From Phoronis australis (lineage: Eukaryota; Animalia; Phoronida), in assembly GCA_002633005.1 (NCBI GenBank), contig NMRA01000054.1, positions 1 to 64,000 on the forward strand: a DNA stretch of 64,000 bases, read 5' to 3'. Position 1 is the first letter of the stretch. Each line of letters begins with the position of its first letter. The position numbers and the translations under genes were made by a program. Below, piece by piece: positions 1 to 12,904 of this stretch. The notes under the pieces are model-generated. The model searched no databases. It saw only the letters and a program-made list of their open reading frames with translations, and had not been told where the DNA came from.

Positions 1-790
1 GGACCAGTGGGCGCCAGTGGAGGGTAGTGGAGGCGAGTGCTGGCCAGTGGAGGCCAGTGGAGGCTAGTGGAGGTCAGTGGAGGCCAGTGGAGGCCAGTGG
101 AGGCCAGTGTAGGCCAGTGGAGGCCAGTGGAGAACAGTGGAGGCCAGTGGAGGCCAGTGGAGGCCAGTGGAGGCCAGTGGAGGCCAGTGGAGGCCAGTGG
201 AGGCCAGTGGAGAACAGTGGATTCCAGTGGAGCCGGTGGAGGACTGTGGAGGCCAGTGGAGGCCAGCGGCGGCCACTGGAGGCCAGTGGAGGCCAGTGGA
301 GGCCAGTGGTGGCCAGTGGAGGCCAGTGGAGGCCAGTGGAGGCCAGTGGAGGCCAGTGGAGAACAGTGGAGGCCAGTGGAGGCCAGTGGAGGCGAGTGCT
401 GGCCAGTGGAGGCCAGTGGAGGCTAGTGGAGGTCAGTGGAGGCCAGTGGAGGCCAGAGGAGGCCAGTGGAGGCCAGAGGAGGCCAGTGGAGGCCAGTGGA
501 GGCCAGTGGAGGCCAGAGGAGGCCAGTGGAGGCCAGTGGAGGCCAGTGGAGTCCATTGGAGACCAGTGGAGGCCAGTGGATGCCAGTGGAGAACAGTGGA
601 TTCCACTGGAGCCCGTGGAGGACTGTGGAGGCCAGTGGACGATAGTGGCGGGCACTGGNTGGAGGCCAGTGAAGGCCAGAGGAGGCCAGTGGAGGCCAGT
701 GGAGGCAAGTGGAGGCCAGTGAAGGCCAGTGGAGGCCAGGGGAGGCCAGTGGAGGCCAGTGGAGGCCAGTGGAGGCCAGTGGAGGCCAGT
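1..790. repeat. 10-bp tandem satellite (GGAGGCCAGT)n with partial higher-order structure
   Basis: Direct reading. Variant blocks recur (GGCGAGTGCTGGCC..GGCTAGTGGAGGTC near 30 and 390; GAGAACAGTGGATTCC near 210 and 590). N at 659. Confidence 0.97.
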
Positions 791-1021
791 GTAGCCCTTG
801 TCGTCTAATCCACGTTTTACAATAGGTGCCAATGCATAGGTACACACTGGATTGTCATCATTGCATAATGGGTGATCACGTAGTCTCCGGGTATGAAAAC
901 AATTCTCTCCTGGCGTTATAAGTTTTCGTAAGTTCTTGACGCAATAAATCCTGGTTGCCAATTGTTTTTGATTCTACAGAGATTTCAATTCCTGAATAGA
1001 AAATGTGTGTTCTGGAAAGGG

Positions 1022-1067
1022 GTAGCTTTAGGGTTAGGGTTAGGTTTAGGGTTAGGATCAGGGTCAG
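1022..1067 (+). repeat. Degenerate interstitial telomeric repeat (TTAGGG)n, left part
   Basis: TTAGGG TTAGGG TTAGGT TTAGGG TTAGGA TCAGGG read directly. Confidence 0.9.
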
Positions 1068-1790
1068 TGTCAGAAGATAGTCTGATAGTATTATTGGTTG
1101 TATGGTTTTGTTTTGTTTTGTTATTCAGTTTGATTGGCATGACCCCTCAGATAAGTACAGTGATGATGTAATTTGTTTAGTACAGAATAGTTTGGAACTT
1201 TCAAGTAAATTGAACTCAATAGTGATGAGGTAATTTGTTTACTGCAGTATAGTGTGTAACTTTTTAGAAGACTCTAGCATGACAGTTGTTAATTCACTCT
1301 GGAATATTCTAGAGACTAATACTTGTTTGTAGAATGGTTGGGTTAAGTCAGGAAAGTTCTAGAATGCGCTTGAATTGATGAAAAGTTCGAGAACAATGCA
1401 TTAGGCTATAAATACACTAACACGGGTTTGAGTTAGTCAGATCAAGTCAGTTCAGCAGAAGTTCAAGAAAGTTATTCAGAAGAACTACAGTGGAGTTGCA
1501 GTGAAGAGAATCAGCAGTTACAACGATAGCCAATAGAGAGCCAGCTATAGAGACAGCAGGTTATTGAATATTCGAGTCTAACAGTTGTTGAACGTGTCTC
1601 ATCACAAGTCAAGGCTTCTCAGCACTGGCTGGAGCATAAACAGACATTACGTCGGACGTTTTGTTTGAGTAGCCTTCGGGATTAATAAAGGATTAACTAG
1701 AACCAGTCCTCAGTCAATCGTCCCACCGAAAGCTATTAGCACCGGTCTGTAATAACCTGCGCTCACCCACACACAATGAAAAACGTGACA
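1068..1790 (+). repeat. 5' LTR (723 bp)
   Basis: TGTCAG...GTGACA; direct repeat of 3010-3754; TATAAATA near 1407 and AATAAA near 1685. Confidence 0.95.
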
Positions 1791-1835
1791 CGCCAGGAGC
1801 TTACTGACGGTAACAAGGAGTGATAAAGTGGACTG

Positions 1836-2971
1836 TTGGAATTAGGAACTCGCTATGAAGACAAGATCTCAACTACGGGAGTTAATGGTCATCGGACAAG
1901 AAATGGGTCTGCAAGGGAAGCAACTCCAAAAGTCAGCAGCGGTCAGCCAGTCAGGTTCTCAAAGTATTCGGTGAAGCATTCTAACCCTGAACGCGCCTTC
2001 AAAGGAAAGCTGCGTCTGAAGGAGGGGTATGTTGGCATGAAGAAGGCCTCAGGGTTGAGACACACAGGCTGCACAACCATTGTGGTTCGATCCAGTCTAG
2101 TCAAACCAGGAGATATGACCTCCCGGAAGTGGTCATGCGAGTTGGCGGACTCTACCAAGAGATGGCTGCCTGTAGCAAAGATCAACATCAAGACAACGTA
2201 CTACACAGGAGAAGTGTTTGCGATTGATATGGAGCGTCCATTGGCCGATTTAATTATCGGGGACGTACATGTAGGTATGGATGACCAAAAGCTAATGAGG
2301 ATCCAGGATGCACCAACACCAACTACAAAAATTGAGGTACTGTCATTCCTAGGACTTACAGGTTACTACCGAAAGTTTGTGCCCAACTATGCACAGATAG
2401 CCACACCGTTGACGGATTTGCTGAAAAAGGGCCAACCAAAGAAAGTCGTGTGGAGCTATATTCATGACCAGGCATTCAGGAAGCTAAAGCAAGCGCTTGG
2501 AAGTAGCCCGATCCTACGAATGCCTGAATTCAGCCAGAGATCTATTGTCAGGATGGACGCGTCAAACGATGGTTTAGGGGCAGTCTTACTGCAGGAGTAT
2601 GACGATGTCTATTTCCCGATTGCATGTGCCAGCCGGAAGCTTAAAGAAAGCGAGCTGAAGATGAAGAGTGTTTAGCAATAGTGTTCGCTGTGAAACGTTT
2701 TCAGTTTTATCTCTACGGGACGGAATTCGTGGTGCAAACAGACTACAAAATATTGGTATATATTCAGCGTTGTAAGATCGAAAGTTCCAGGGTTATGCGA
2801 TGGGCTTTAGAACTGCAAAATAATAAATTCCATGTGGAGGATATTCCAAGAAAAGCTTACGTCGGTGCAGACTACTTAAGTCGACTAGTAGAGTCTGCAA
2901 GTCAAGTAGCACCTTATAGACGGATACTGAGGCAGAAAGTTAGGTATATATGCCAGATGATTTTGTGTTAG
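1836..2971 (+). pseudogene. Defective pol: aspartic protease remnant fused to RT thumb/connection and RNase H
   Basis: LRHTGCTTIVV (DTG motif with D>H), PLADLIIGDV, FLGLTGYYRKFVPNYA, DASNDGLGAVLLQ, ASRKL, TDYK, RWALELQ, GADYLSR. Stop/frameshift near 2675. No YxDD and no integrase. Confidence 0.92.
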
Positions 2972-3009
2972 AAAATTATAGAGTAATTTTCTCTTTGGCA
3001 TGGGTGTGT

Positions 3010-3754
3010 TGTCAGAGTATAGTCTGACAGTATTATTACTTGTATTGTTTTGTTTTGTTTTGTTATTCAGTTTGATTGGCAAGACCCCTGAGTTAAGTAC
3101 AAGGATGATGTAATATGTTTACTACAGAATAGTATGGAACCTTCTAGTAGACTAAGTTCAGTAGTGATGGTGTAATTTGTTTACTGCAGTATAGTGTGGA
3201 ACTTTCTAGAAGACTCTAGCATGACAGTGATTAATGCAATCTGGAATATTCTAGAGACTAGTACATGTTTGTAGAATGGTTGGGTAGATTCGGGAAAGTT
3301 CTAGAATATGCTTGAATTGATGAAATGTTCCAGAACAACGCATTAGGATATAAATACACTAGCACGGGTTTGTGTTAGTCAGATCTAGTCAGTTCATCAG
3401 AAGTTCAAGAAAGTTAATTAGGAGAACTACAGTTCAGTTGCATTGAAGAGAATCAGCAGTTACAGCTATAGTCAATAGAGAGCCAGCTATAGAGACAGCA
3501 GGTTATTGAATCGACGAGTGTAACAGTTGCTGAGCGTGTCTCAGAAGTTCATCACAGGTCAAGGCTTCGCAGCACTGGTTGGAGCATAAACAGACATTAC
3601 GTCAGACGTTTTATTTGAGTAGGCTTGTGAACATACGGTCGGGACTAACAAAGGATTAACTCGAACCAGTCTTCAGTCAATCGTCGCACCGAAAGGCTTT
3701 TAGCACCGGTCTGTAACAACCTGCGCCCACCCACACACGGGGAAAAACGTGACA
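3010..3754 (+). repeat. 3' LTR (745 bp)
   Basis: TGTCAG...GTGACA; roughly 10-12% mismatches to the 5' LTR over the first ~140 bp (count by eye). Confidence 0.95.
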
Positions 3755-3873
3755 GTCAGGTTCAGGGTCAGGGATAGTGTTATGGTTAGTGTTAGAGTTA
3801 GGGTTAGGGTTAGGTTAGGATTAGGTTAAGTTAGTGTTAGGGTTAGGGTTAGTGTTAGGGTTAGGTTTAGGGT
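3755..3873 (+). repeat. Degenerate interstitial telomeric repeat (TTAGGG)n, right part
   Basis: TCAGGG/TTAGTG/TTAGGG hexamers continuing the array split by the LTR element. Confidence 0.9.
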
Positions 3874-4770
3874 AGAGGGGAGGAGAGGTGAGTAAAGGGG
3901 AGTAGAGTGGAGTAGAAGCAAGTACAGTCGAGTAGAGGCGATTAGAGGCGAGTTGAGACGAGTAGACAGGAGTAGAGGGAAATAGAGGAGAGTAGAGTGG
4001 CGTACAGTGGAATAGAGAGAGGTAAATGGAGTAGAGGGGATTAGATGGGAACAGATTGGCGTAGGGTTGTGTAGAGGTGAGTAGAGGTGAGTAGTGGGGA
4101 GAAGAAGGAGTAAAATAGATGGGATTATAGGGAAGTAGCGGTGAGTAGAGGGGGATGAAAGTGAGTAGGGGGGTGTAGACGGGAGTAGAGGGGAATAGAG
4201 GAGAGTAGAGGTGAGTAGAGGTGAGTGGAGGTGGGTAGAGGATAGTAGATGTGAGTGGAGATGAGTAGAGGTGAGTACGGTGAGTAGAGGTGAGTAGATT
4301 TGACTGAGGTAAGTGGAGAGGAGTAGAGGTGAGTACAGGGGAGTACAGGTGAGTAAAGGAGAGAAGAGGTGAGTAGAGGGGAGTCCAGGTGAGTAGAGGG
4401 GAGTAGACGGGAATAGAAGGGAGTAGAGGGGAATAGAGATGAGTGGAGGGGAGTAGGGGATAGAAGAGGGGAGCAGAGGTGAGTAAAGGGAGTAGAGTTG
4501 AGTAGAGGTGCGTGGAGGGTGTGGTGTGACGTAGAAGTGAGTAGGGGTTAGTAGAGGTGAATAGAGGTGAGTAGATGTGAGCAGTAGTACTTAGAGTTGA
4601 GTAGAGTGACTAGAGGAGAGTAGAGTTGAAAAGCAGTGATTAGAAGTGAGTAGAGGGGAGTAGAGGTGAGTAACAGTAGAGGGGAGTGGAGGTGAGTAGA
4701 GGGGACTTGAGGGGGAGTAGAGGTGAGTAGCGGTTAGTGGAGGTGAGTAGAGGTAAGTAGAGGTGAGTAG
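3874..4770. repeat. Purine-rich 10-bp satellite (GGTGAGTAGA/GGGGAGTAGA)n
   Basis: Direct reading; degenerate 10-bp periodicity. Confidence 0.95.
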
Positions 4771-7700
4771 TGTTGGGTCAGATACCGCTGTGGTGACTGC
4801 AATGCGCGGTGCGAGCAAGACCCAATTAAGGGAAAATGCCCGACTATAAACTGAAGTAAACATCCCTGACTATACTTAATGGTGACTTCTCCAAATTCAT
4901 AAACCAACCACAGTGGTATTCATCTGGACAACCAAGTAAGGTTTTCGATTTTTAAAATCGGTGAACTAATAACTTAAAAACTAATAACATTGAGTGTTAT
5001 TGAAGATAAACGGCCGTGTGTGTTGATATACTCGATGAATTTAAAAACGCTGACCATAGTTAACAATATCAAATCGGTTGTTTATTTTATTTTATTAATA
5101 TTCTTTCAATCTCTTTTAACCATATTTTAGACTAGGAAACAATTGTATTTAACTCTTGCCCACTCTTCATTTTTATGACTGACAGCCAGGTATGAGAATA
5201 GTTATGTAGTCAGTGCAACCGAAATTGTCCAGAAATTCTACATTTTCAGTTTCACTATCACTTACATTTGTACTTTTGTATACAAGTTATGATTTGAGTT
5301 CTAATAAAGACTTAACTTGAACTAACGGCTTGTGTAGTTTTGATCGCTATGAAATGTTTAGTGTAGTTGCAATCTGGAAAGTTTAGTTAACTAAACTAAT
5401 TAAGTTCGCTAACGATCAAAGTCTACCACTGTTTTGCTACTTCCAAATTTAAAAATAAAATAAAATAAATCAACCATTTCCCGGTAAAAATAGGTAAACA
5501 GGAGTATTATAACCAATATGAAACATATCATTCATTTGAGAAGCGGTTCCCGGTCAAGGTAAACACACCAAATTAACTTTTAGTCATTTTGTAATATTTA
5601 AAATGTACCAAGTTAAAGCTACTCTCCAGAGTTGCAGGCTATATCTCTGTGCAAATGCCAGAGAAAACTTATTTGTGTGCAATAACAACCATCACTGTTG
5701 AGAAAGTGCTAGCTATTGCCTTTCCATTTCATTAGTTAGGGCGAGCAGAATAGGCATCTTAAAAATTGTCTGGGGCTGAGGAAATCTGAACGGTGTCCAG
5801 TGTAAGCGAGAAATTCTTCACATGAAGGATCCAATTGAACAACGACAACTAAATATTCTTTTAAATTCAACGTAAGTTCACTTCAGCCCCTGTTGCTAAA
5901 ATACGGACGTTTAGCCATATGCTTTCATGCAAAAAACGACGTGAACACGGCTACTTGTTCACATTATATGAAACAAGTAAGCCTAGGTCTATATACAAAT
6001 TTTGGTCACTGAAAAAAGTTTTCTCACGTTGTAAGGAAATGAGTGTGAATACTCCATGGCCTCACAGGCTTCAGAAGAGCATCAGAATTCAAGAAAGAGC
6101 TGTCCGGACGCCAGGGCACCGAAAAATAACTGACCCTGTCCTAGACGATAATGTGAACGCGCAGATACTCCGTCTTAAAGATAAATGAAATTACCAAGAT
6201 CATTGAAAAACGGATTGTCTTAAACGCCTTCGATGCTTTCGACTTCCACACCTCACTGCCCACGACCCCCTCGGCCATTGCGATCATTGCCCCTTCGACC
6301 CTAGCGACCCTTGACCCACGGCCCACATCTCCCTCGACGCAATCTACGCAAGCTCGTCTCGATCTGAACATAAAACAAGCGCTGACCTGCAGGACCAACG
6401 AGTCTGGTCGTGAGCTCGCCTGGCCTTTCCCTGTTTTTTTTTGCAATTAAGAGTCGATTCGGCTTGTTTCTTTTGCAATTAAGAGTCGGTTTTAAAGTCA
6501 AAAAAACAACGCGACCATATCAAATTAACGACCTACGAACGTTGCAAATGTTCCAGGTAGAATCCTCTCGCCTGCTCTTCAGTGAATGGCAGATTCAAGA
6601 CCTTTTGGGAGAAAGCGAGGAGCCCACGGAAAGCTTAATATGTAATTTCTCAGTAAATACAGTTTGAAAAAACAAAACTGTTAACTAAAATAGCATCTCA
6701 ATGTTACATAGAGTATATAGTTAACAGTCATACAACAGAAAGCAGATATTAGAAATGTGAAATTATGTGCATTCACGTTCACGTTCTCTCTTTCTAAGTT
6801 TAGTAGAATACTAGAGGGTCATTGGTAGCAGCCTCGTCCCCAAGCCTAATGTTGGCGCTAATCGGTTTAGCCATTTGATCGAGACTTTGGGATGCTGGAA
6901 AATATCTTCTGCGCAACGATTAGCCGCTGCCTTAACGTCATTAAAGCAGACAGATTTTGATTATTTTCACAGGTGCTGTTGCTGCCAGTTATGAAAAATA
7001 AGGCATTATTTTGATTCTTGTTTGAAATGGAGGTTGTTCGCATACTTATTTTCATTTCTTGTTTATTAATAGTATCATATTTTCGAATCAAATTGGGCTT
7101 ACAGAATTTATGCAATTGTGACGGGCGCGCCCTCCCTTTGTGAATTATAGAGATACAGTTTCGCGCCAATTTATTAATTTACTCTTCTTATACAGGTGCT
7201 TCATTAGGTCATTTATGCTTTGGACTCACCCTCACGTGCATTCTTTTGGTGTATAAAAAGCCGCGTAACAAGTAGTTTCAGCGGGCTGTCTGGGGTTTGA
7301 AACCCGCTCCAGTCCAATTTCTTAACAATATGAGTGACGTGCTGTAAGTCTCCTATAGTTTCTCCTAAAAGTTTTAGAGTTGCTTAATAGTTTTTAATGA
7401 ATTCTTTCTCATAAGCACAGTTTGTAATTTTCGACAACATCAATGAATTAGAATGTATTTTTAATCAATTCAAATCTCCTTTTACTGCCGCTTTTTCAAT
7501 ACTTGAAGTTCAAAACGACTGAGCATCTATCCGTCAGGTCGCAACCGGCGGTCATCCACCACACATAAAACACAACGCTGCATGTACCACCACCGCTACA
7601 CTGTTATTAGACCTAAACTGCTGTGACGCTAACTGTTTAGATTGGTCCCGAAAAAGGTAGAAGTTCATCAAAATGTCCACAGACTGACTTAGAATTTGGA

Positions 7701-8789
7701 ATTTACACATTGTGTAATTATGGCTAAGGGCATGCTGTTTGTAACAATTTGATCCTAATCCGTGACTCCGGAATCCCTAAGTTGAAGTCCGGAGGCCTAA
7801 ACCGAAAAGAAGTTGAGTCAGTTTTTTACATAAGGAAAATAAAATCCAAAACGGAAAGACAAAGTTTGGAAGTTGCAGTCCATTAGTCATTATGTGGTTT
7901 CAATGTTTTCAATGGTTTACTTTTACATTTCGCAACACAAGACAGTTGGCTTTCCAATTTAATGCAAGCGTCCGGCACCTTACTATGTAGCTGTAAGAGC
8001 CTTTGAAATTGAACTACTAAGGATAAGCGTATGTATAAGTCCATGTAAGTGTCGGGAACACTCAGTGGTACTCAATAACGAATTTAATTAATGTACTCAA
8101 GACAATACATGGTCAACCAATCAATTGGCCATTGACATATTATGCATGGTGAACCTACAACCCCAGGATTCATTAAAGTAATTAATTGATCTTGCAGTCA
8201 CCCCGCTGTTCATTGCTGAACCCTGTTGAACAGCTGCATTACAGCTCTCATTCAGTCAGTCGGAATGCCATAGTAGGTTAAGCGTTCCTCAGGTATTTGT
8301 TTTTTTCTTCCTGTAATTTGAGTAGAAATTCTCAGACGTCGGAAGTGACGTTTAATTATGCCAAGATTGCCTAGTAACTCGCCAGATCAAGTGAACTAGT
8401 TATTCGGTCGTTTATTGATTTGTTTACATGTTTTAGAGCCACGCTTGAAATGGGCGGCAAAGGGAACTAGTCGACGCCGTAACCATTGGTGACGTTTAGT
8501 TCATTTGTACCGTACCTACACTCGACATCATTGATGGGAGATAGTGGTGTAAGAAAAGGAATTCAAACCAGCTTCAGGAGCGAGAACGTCGCAGTGGGTG
8601 CCATGAAAGTGGCGGCTATGCTATTCTAAAATATGATTGAGACGATGGCGGTGACTAACGATGGTAGTGATAGTTATGACGACGATGATATTAAAGTTGA
8701 TGACGACTAACAAGCAATTTGTCAACAATGACGTAAACTTGGTGATGTTGGTAATGTTGTCTTCTTTGTAATATAGGTACAGAAAAGGG

Positions 8790-8914
8790 ATGTTTTCAAG
8801 AATGTGCTTTCGATTGATTTTGTTAACGTTGATACTATTCGGTAAACCACCACGGATTGAAACTCTCATAATGGAAAGTTGTGCAGAACAGAATTACAAT
8901 TCGTTCTGGGAAAG
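8790..8914 (+). CDS. Gene A exon 1 (unknown membrane/coiled-coil protein, 507 aa); signal-peptide-like N-terminus
   Basis: ATG, MFSRMCFRLILLTLILFG..., donor AG|GTATGA in phase 2 matching the next exon. Confidence 0.65.
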
Positions 8915-10404
8915 GTATGATTTCATCGTTTTTTCTTTGCATAATTTTGAAAACATTAAACGCAAACTGATACAAAATGAAACTTGATTTCAATCTCTGT
9001 TTATTCCTATAAAATGTAGATTGGTGTTAGTTCTTCTCAGTCTTGTGTGTTCAAAAATGAAAATATGACTGAGTATACATTACCACTTTCTTCTTCATTA
9101 GTGTATACATGCAAGTCCCCCAGTAACACACCGGTTTCGAACTTGCGGAGATTTTTCATCCTTGTTTAGACCCAACCCTTTCTTCATATTACAGCCATTG
9201 TCTGGGCACACGATTTTCAAAACATAGTAACGCTAGTTACCGTACACTGATTTTTCGAGGAAAGTTTGAGTACAACTTTGATACCCCATAGTGTCTTTGC
9301 GTACCTCAGTATTTCACCACGCTTTTGTTTCCAGAATTCTTGAAGTTCTGAGGAGTTGGTTTGATCAAACCAAAGAATCGTAAGTGTTTTATATTTTGTC
9401 ACGAAATTATTAGGCACATTTGAGATACATGGTGCCTTAAAAGTATTAACTCTGAGTTAAGTGTTTGCACAGCGAGAGAGAGGGGGGGGAGGGAGGGAGG
9501 GGGTAGAGAGGAAGGGGAGATGTGTATTTATCTCACACACTGATCTTAAACTATTTTGTTGATATTTGTAAAGGTGTCATTTCTTTGGACTTCGGAAAAT
9601 GCACGCGTCAATAATGTGTTTATCCACTTTTTTGATCTGGAGTGCTACTACACTGTCAATTCAGAAATTCAGAGTCTAGAAACAAAACACGTTCTAAGCG
9701 ACAGCAAATGCTCTCATTTGTTTATCACACAAGTATAAAATCCCACCATTTATTGTTCAATTGAAATAAAACTCCAGTATAGCACCATCCTTGATGAAGG
9801 AAATCGTAATCTGTTAACACCGTTTTTTTCTGGAAACGCCGATTCATTGTTCATCGACACAGTACAAGATAAATTGTGAACGCCAGATAAACTTTTGCTC
9901 TAAAATGCAGTGATTCAGTTGCGATCCAGTACGACGGAATATGTTGCTACTAGGGATGGATAATAGAGGTGATGTTAGAAGCAGTCATAATAAAAGTGAT
10001 TTTTGTCTCCACTCCATTCCTTTACATCCCATAATGGATGCCCGCATTTTAAAGTTCAAGAAAACGTATTTTTCAAAACAAAGTAGAGTGCCAGCACATT
10101 TGAAACAAGCTCTATTTGAAATTTCTGAAAATGGGCAATTCAAAAACACAGCATATGGCCATTGTATGCTCTATGTTAGTGAAACAGGCATCAGATTAAT
10201 TTATTGTTCAATTAAATGATTACAGTGTAAGAGGAAATGATAGATAGGCAGGCAAAACAATCACAGATTGACTTGATACTCGTTTTCCAGAAAGACAAGT
10301 CATCTTCATTCAGATTCAAGCAACTCATCAATTCTTTGACTCTGATTTATGGCGACAGACAAACAGACGTAATCAGAAGCACATAAATTTATTATATTTT
10401 TCAG

Positions 10405-11341
10405 ACCTCCACCGTCTTTGCGTCAAAGATTCATGTCTCATTTTGCTGACGTATTTTGCAACATTGGCTCGAAAGGACGACAAGAAATCGAAAAGAATTT
10501 ATATTTGAAAATTATCAATGATCTCATCTCGAGATTCAAGTTTTACTTCAGTTCAGAGAGTCAAGAGAATTTCTCAGCTAGAAAATACAGAGATATGTAT
10601 TTTAACTTGGTTCCTTTCGACTGCCCCGTTTTTATGCTGCCGCTGCCATTAATGAAACTTTGTACGCTTGATGACGATGAAAGCGACTCCACAGGGGTTA
10701 CTGCCTTAAAACAAAATGGAATACGCGAGCATCTATTAGCTTTGGATAAAAATTTAGTTACCCACATCAATATGTTCCAAGACTATCTTTATTGGTACGC
10801 CAGTGCCTCGTGGAGATATGCTGAGGAATGCTTGATGCGAATTGGTCCCTCGATTTCATCAACTTTGATAACAATATTACAGTGTGCACGACTTGATACT
10901 ACATTTTCAGCGATGATAGTAAAAACCCAAGATTTCGGAAATTGCACTGTTGGGTATGCCCTGGATTTCTACGTGCTCATGTCCGGTGTCTTTTGCCACC
11001 TTGCTTTAAAATCCTCGGAATTCTGTGTGAGCACCTACACATTTGCAAAACAGTCAGTCGATGTTTTCTGGACTGATTTGCAACGTCTCTCAGTCAAATT
11101 AGTATCGGACAGTTGCCACTGCCTATCACTCTTCTCAACGTATTTGATAATCAACACTTCCCATTGGTTGTGTGTATCATGGAAATGGACATGGAACACA
11201 ATATCCATCATATGTGTCGCATTCCAACATGCAACCAACTTGTTAGAAGGAGCGCTCCGTTTGATACCATGTTACGTCATGAGAGTATGGATCACGTGCA
11301 ACTACGTCGTAACAAGATTCACATACATTGCATCAATTACG
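10405..11341 (+). CDS. Gene A exon 2 (937 bp)
   Basis: Acceptor TTTTTCAG, 311-aa open frame in AT-rich DNA, donor ACG|GTAATT in phase 0. Confidence 0.8.
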
Positions 11342-11686
11342 GTAATTATGTAAAAGTTTAAAAAACTCTATCTGTGTTTTATATATTTAGTAAAATTTTC
11401 CCAAAAGAACATTCAATTATATCATTAAGGATCTAAGTAAATATTATTTATTTTTTGGCCATACGTTGTAAACTTACAAAATATTTTATGTCAAATGTGC
11501 AGGCCATTTACGGGTCCATGATATTCAAGCACATTTAACAGTAACATAACCATTTTTTTTCATTTTTGAACTTTAAACTTTACGATTACAACATGAAATA
11601 TTTATATGGATGTGTGTTGTCTAATCTAATTTTTTTCATTTTTCATCGTCTGACGCGACGTCTATCTTATTTTTCATTAATTATAG

Positions 11687-11748
11687 GTTGGATGTTCCAT
11701 CTGCCTTATTTTACTGGCGCAACTTCGTTCACAAGCAACATATTGCAG
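11687..11748 (+). CDS. Gene A exon 3 (completes the predicted TM helix)
   Basis: Acceptor TTATAG, VGCSICLILLAQLRSQATYC, donor AG|GTACAT in phase 2. Confidence 0.6.
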
Positions 11749-12552
11749 GTACATCTAAATTTGAATGGGACCAACGCAAAAGGTAATAGGCAACTGACTT
11801 AATACGAGGCCAACATGTTGTTTTTTTCAGATCCCAGAAATGCGATAAGGAGCGAGGCATAGATTTTCACTTCTAGGTTGTGCTGGTGGTGAAATTAATA
11901 AAGTAATTGCAGCTTCAACAAAAATTATAAAACCAATTTGAAACGGGGTTACCCCAGTAGCGGTCAATACTGCAATTTATTGCCTTTGTGATACTGATTT
12001 ATTTAATTTGTACTAAGTGTATCGATTATTACCGTTATGTCAGTCCCATGTGAAACAAAAGTGTCTAAACTTTTAAAGAGCCATACTATTCCAAAAGATG
12101 ATGTACTTACTGTTTTACTTTCAAGAAACTGAGATATAATTCATTTTGTGTGTGTCCGACAATTTGATAAAAATCTTTGGTTTTTTCACCTTAAGGTAAT
12201 TTTTAGAAAAAAACACAAAATGGATAATTCAAAACGATGTCCTGGCAGACGTGTATTTTATTTTCATTTACGACTCATATACACTGGAATCACCAAATTA
12301 GCTCTCCATTGTAGTCTCAAACTTTCCCTGCAAGTCAATCAAGTTGATTTCATCGTCGCTAAGTTTGACGAGTTCGTCAACCCCTTCAAACGTGATATCT
12401 TTCTGACACTTTTAATTTCTGAAGTCTTAATGACATGAAAGACCTTCTATAACTTGTTTGTGTTGCAAGTGGTGTTCAGTGAACATTATGATTGTCGTTT
12501 TTTCACATTAGAATAACTTTAAAAACAAAGTAGTTTATTCCTATGTTTGTAG

Positions 12553-12682
12553 ACCACACCAAACGTCTGACCTTCCACGACCAGCAGATGAAAGAACAGG
12601 AAATGCTGCGGATGACAAAATGGAGTCGCTAGAAAATGTTTTAAAACGAGAATACGAAATGAGAAAGAAAGCTGTCAAAAAT
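12553..12682 (+). CDS. Gene A exon 4
   Basis: Acceptor TTTGTAG, PHQTSDL...MESLENVLKREYEMRKKAVKN, donor GTAAGC in phase 0. Confidence 0.75.
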
Positions 12683-12904
12683 GTAAGCCTCTCTCAATAA
12701 TGTATTGACGTTATCTAGAGAGGGTCCTCTTAAGTCTTGAATAAAGTAATACGTAAAACTTAAAATTGAACAAATTAAAACAAAATGAAAATAACATCAT
12801 GGCACAAGGTACGAGACTGCATATTTATTTATTTATTTATTTATTGGGGACAAATAAAACAACACAAGAATAATATATATTTTAAGTTGTATTGGGAATT
12901 TCAG

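Larger units (their letters stand above)
1068..3754 (+). mobile_element. Internally deleted Ty3/Gypsy LTR retrotransposon, probably Gmr1-like
   Basis: Two LTRs with TGTCA...TGACA ends, 5-bp TSD GTCAG (1063-1067 and 3755-3759), and internal protease plus RT-thumb/RNase H remnants. Confidence 0.95.

Noticed and set aside
27-961. Long ORFs (WRPVEASGGQ / PPLASTGLHW repeats)
   Set aside because: By-product of a stop-free 10-bp satellite; open in several frames on both strands.
1022-3873. True chromosome end
   Set aside because: Short, degenerate, wrong polarity for a left end, and flanked by other sequence.
5919-7169. Several 66-101 aa ORFs
   Set aside because: No recognisable motifs or consistent splice structure; within chance expectation.
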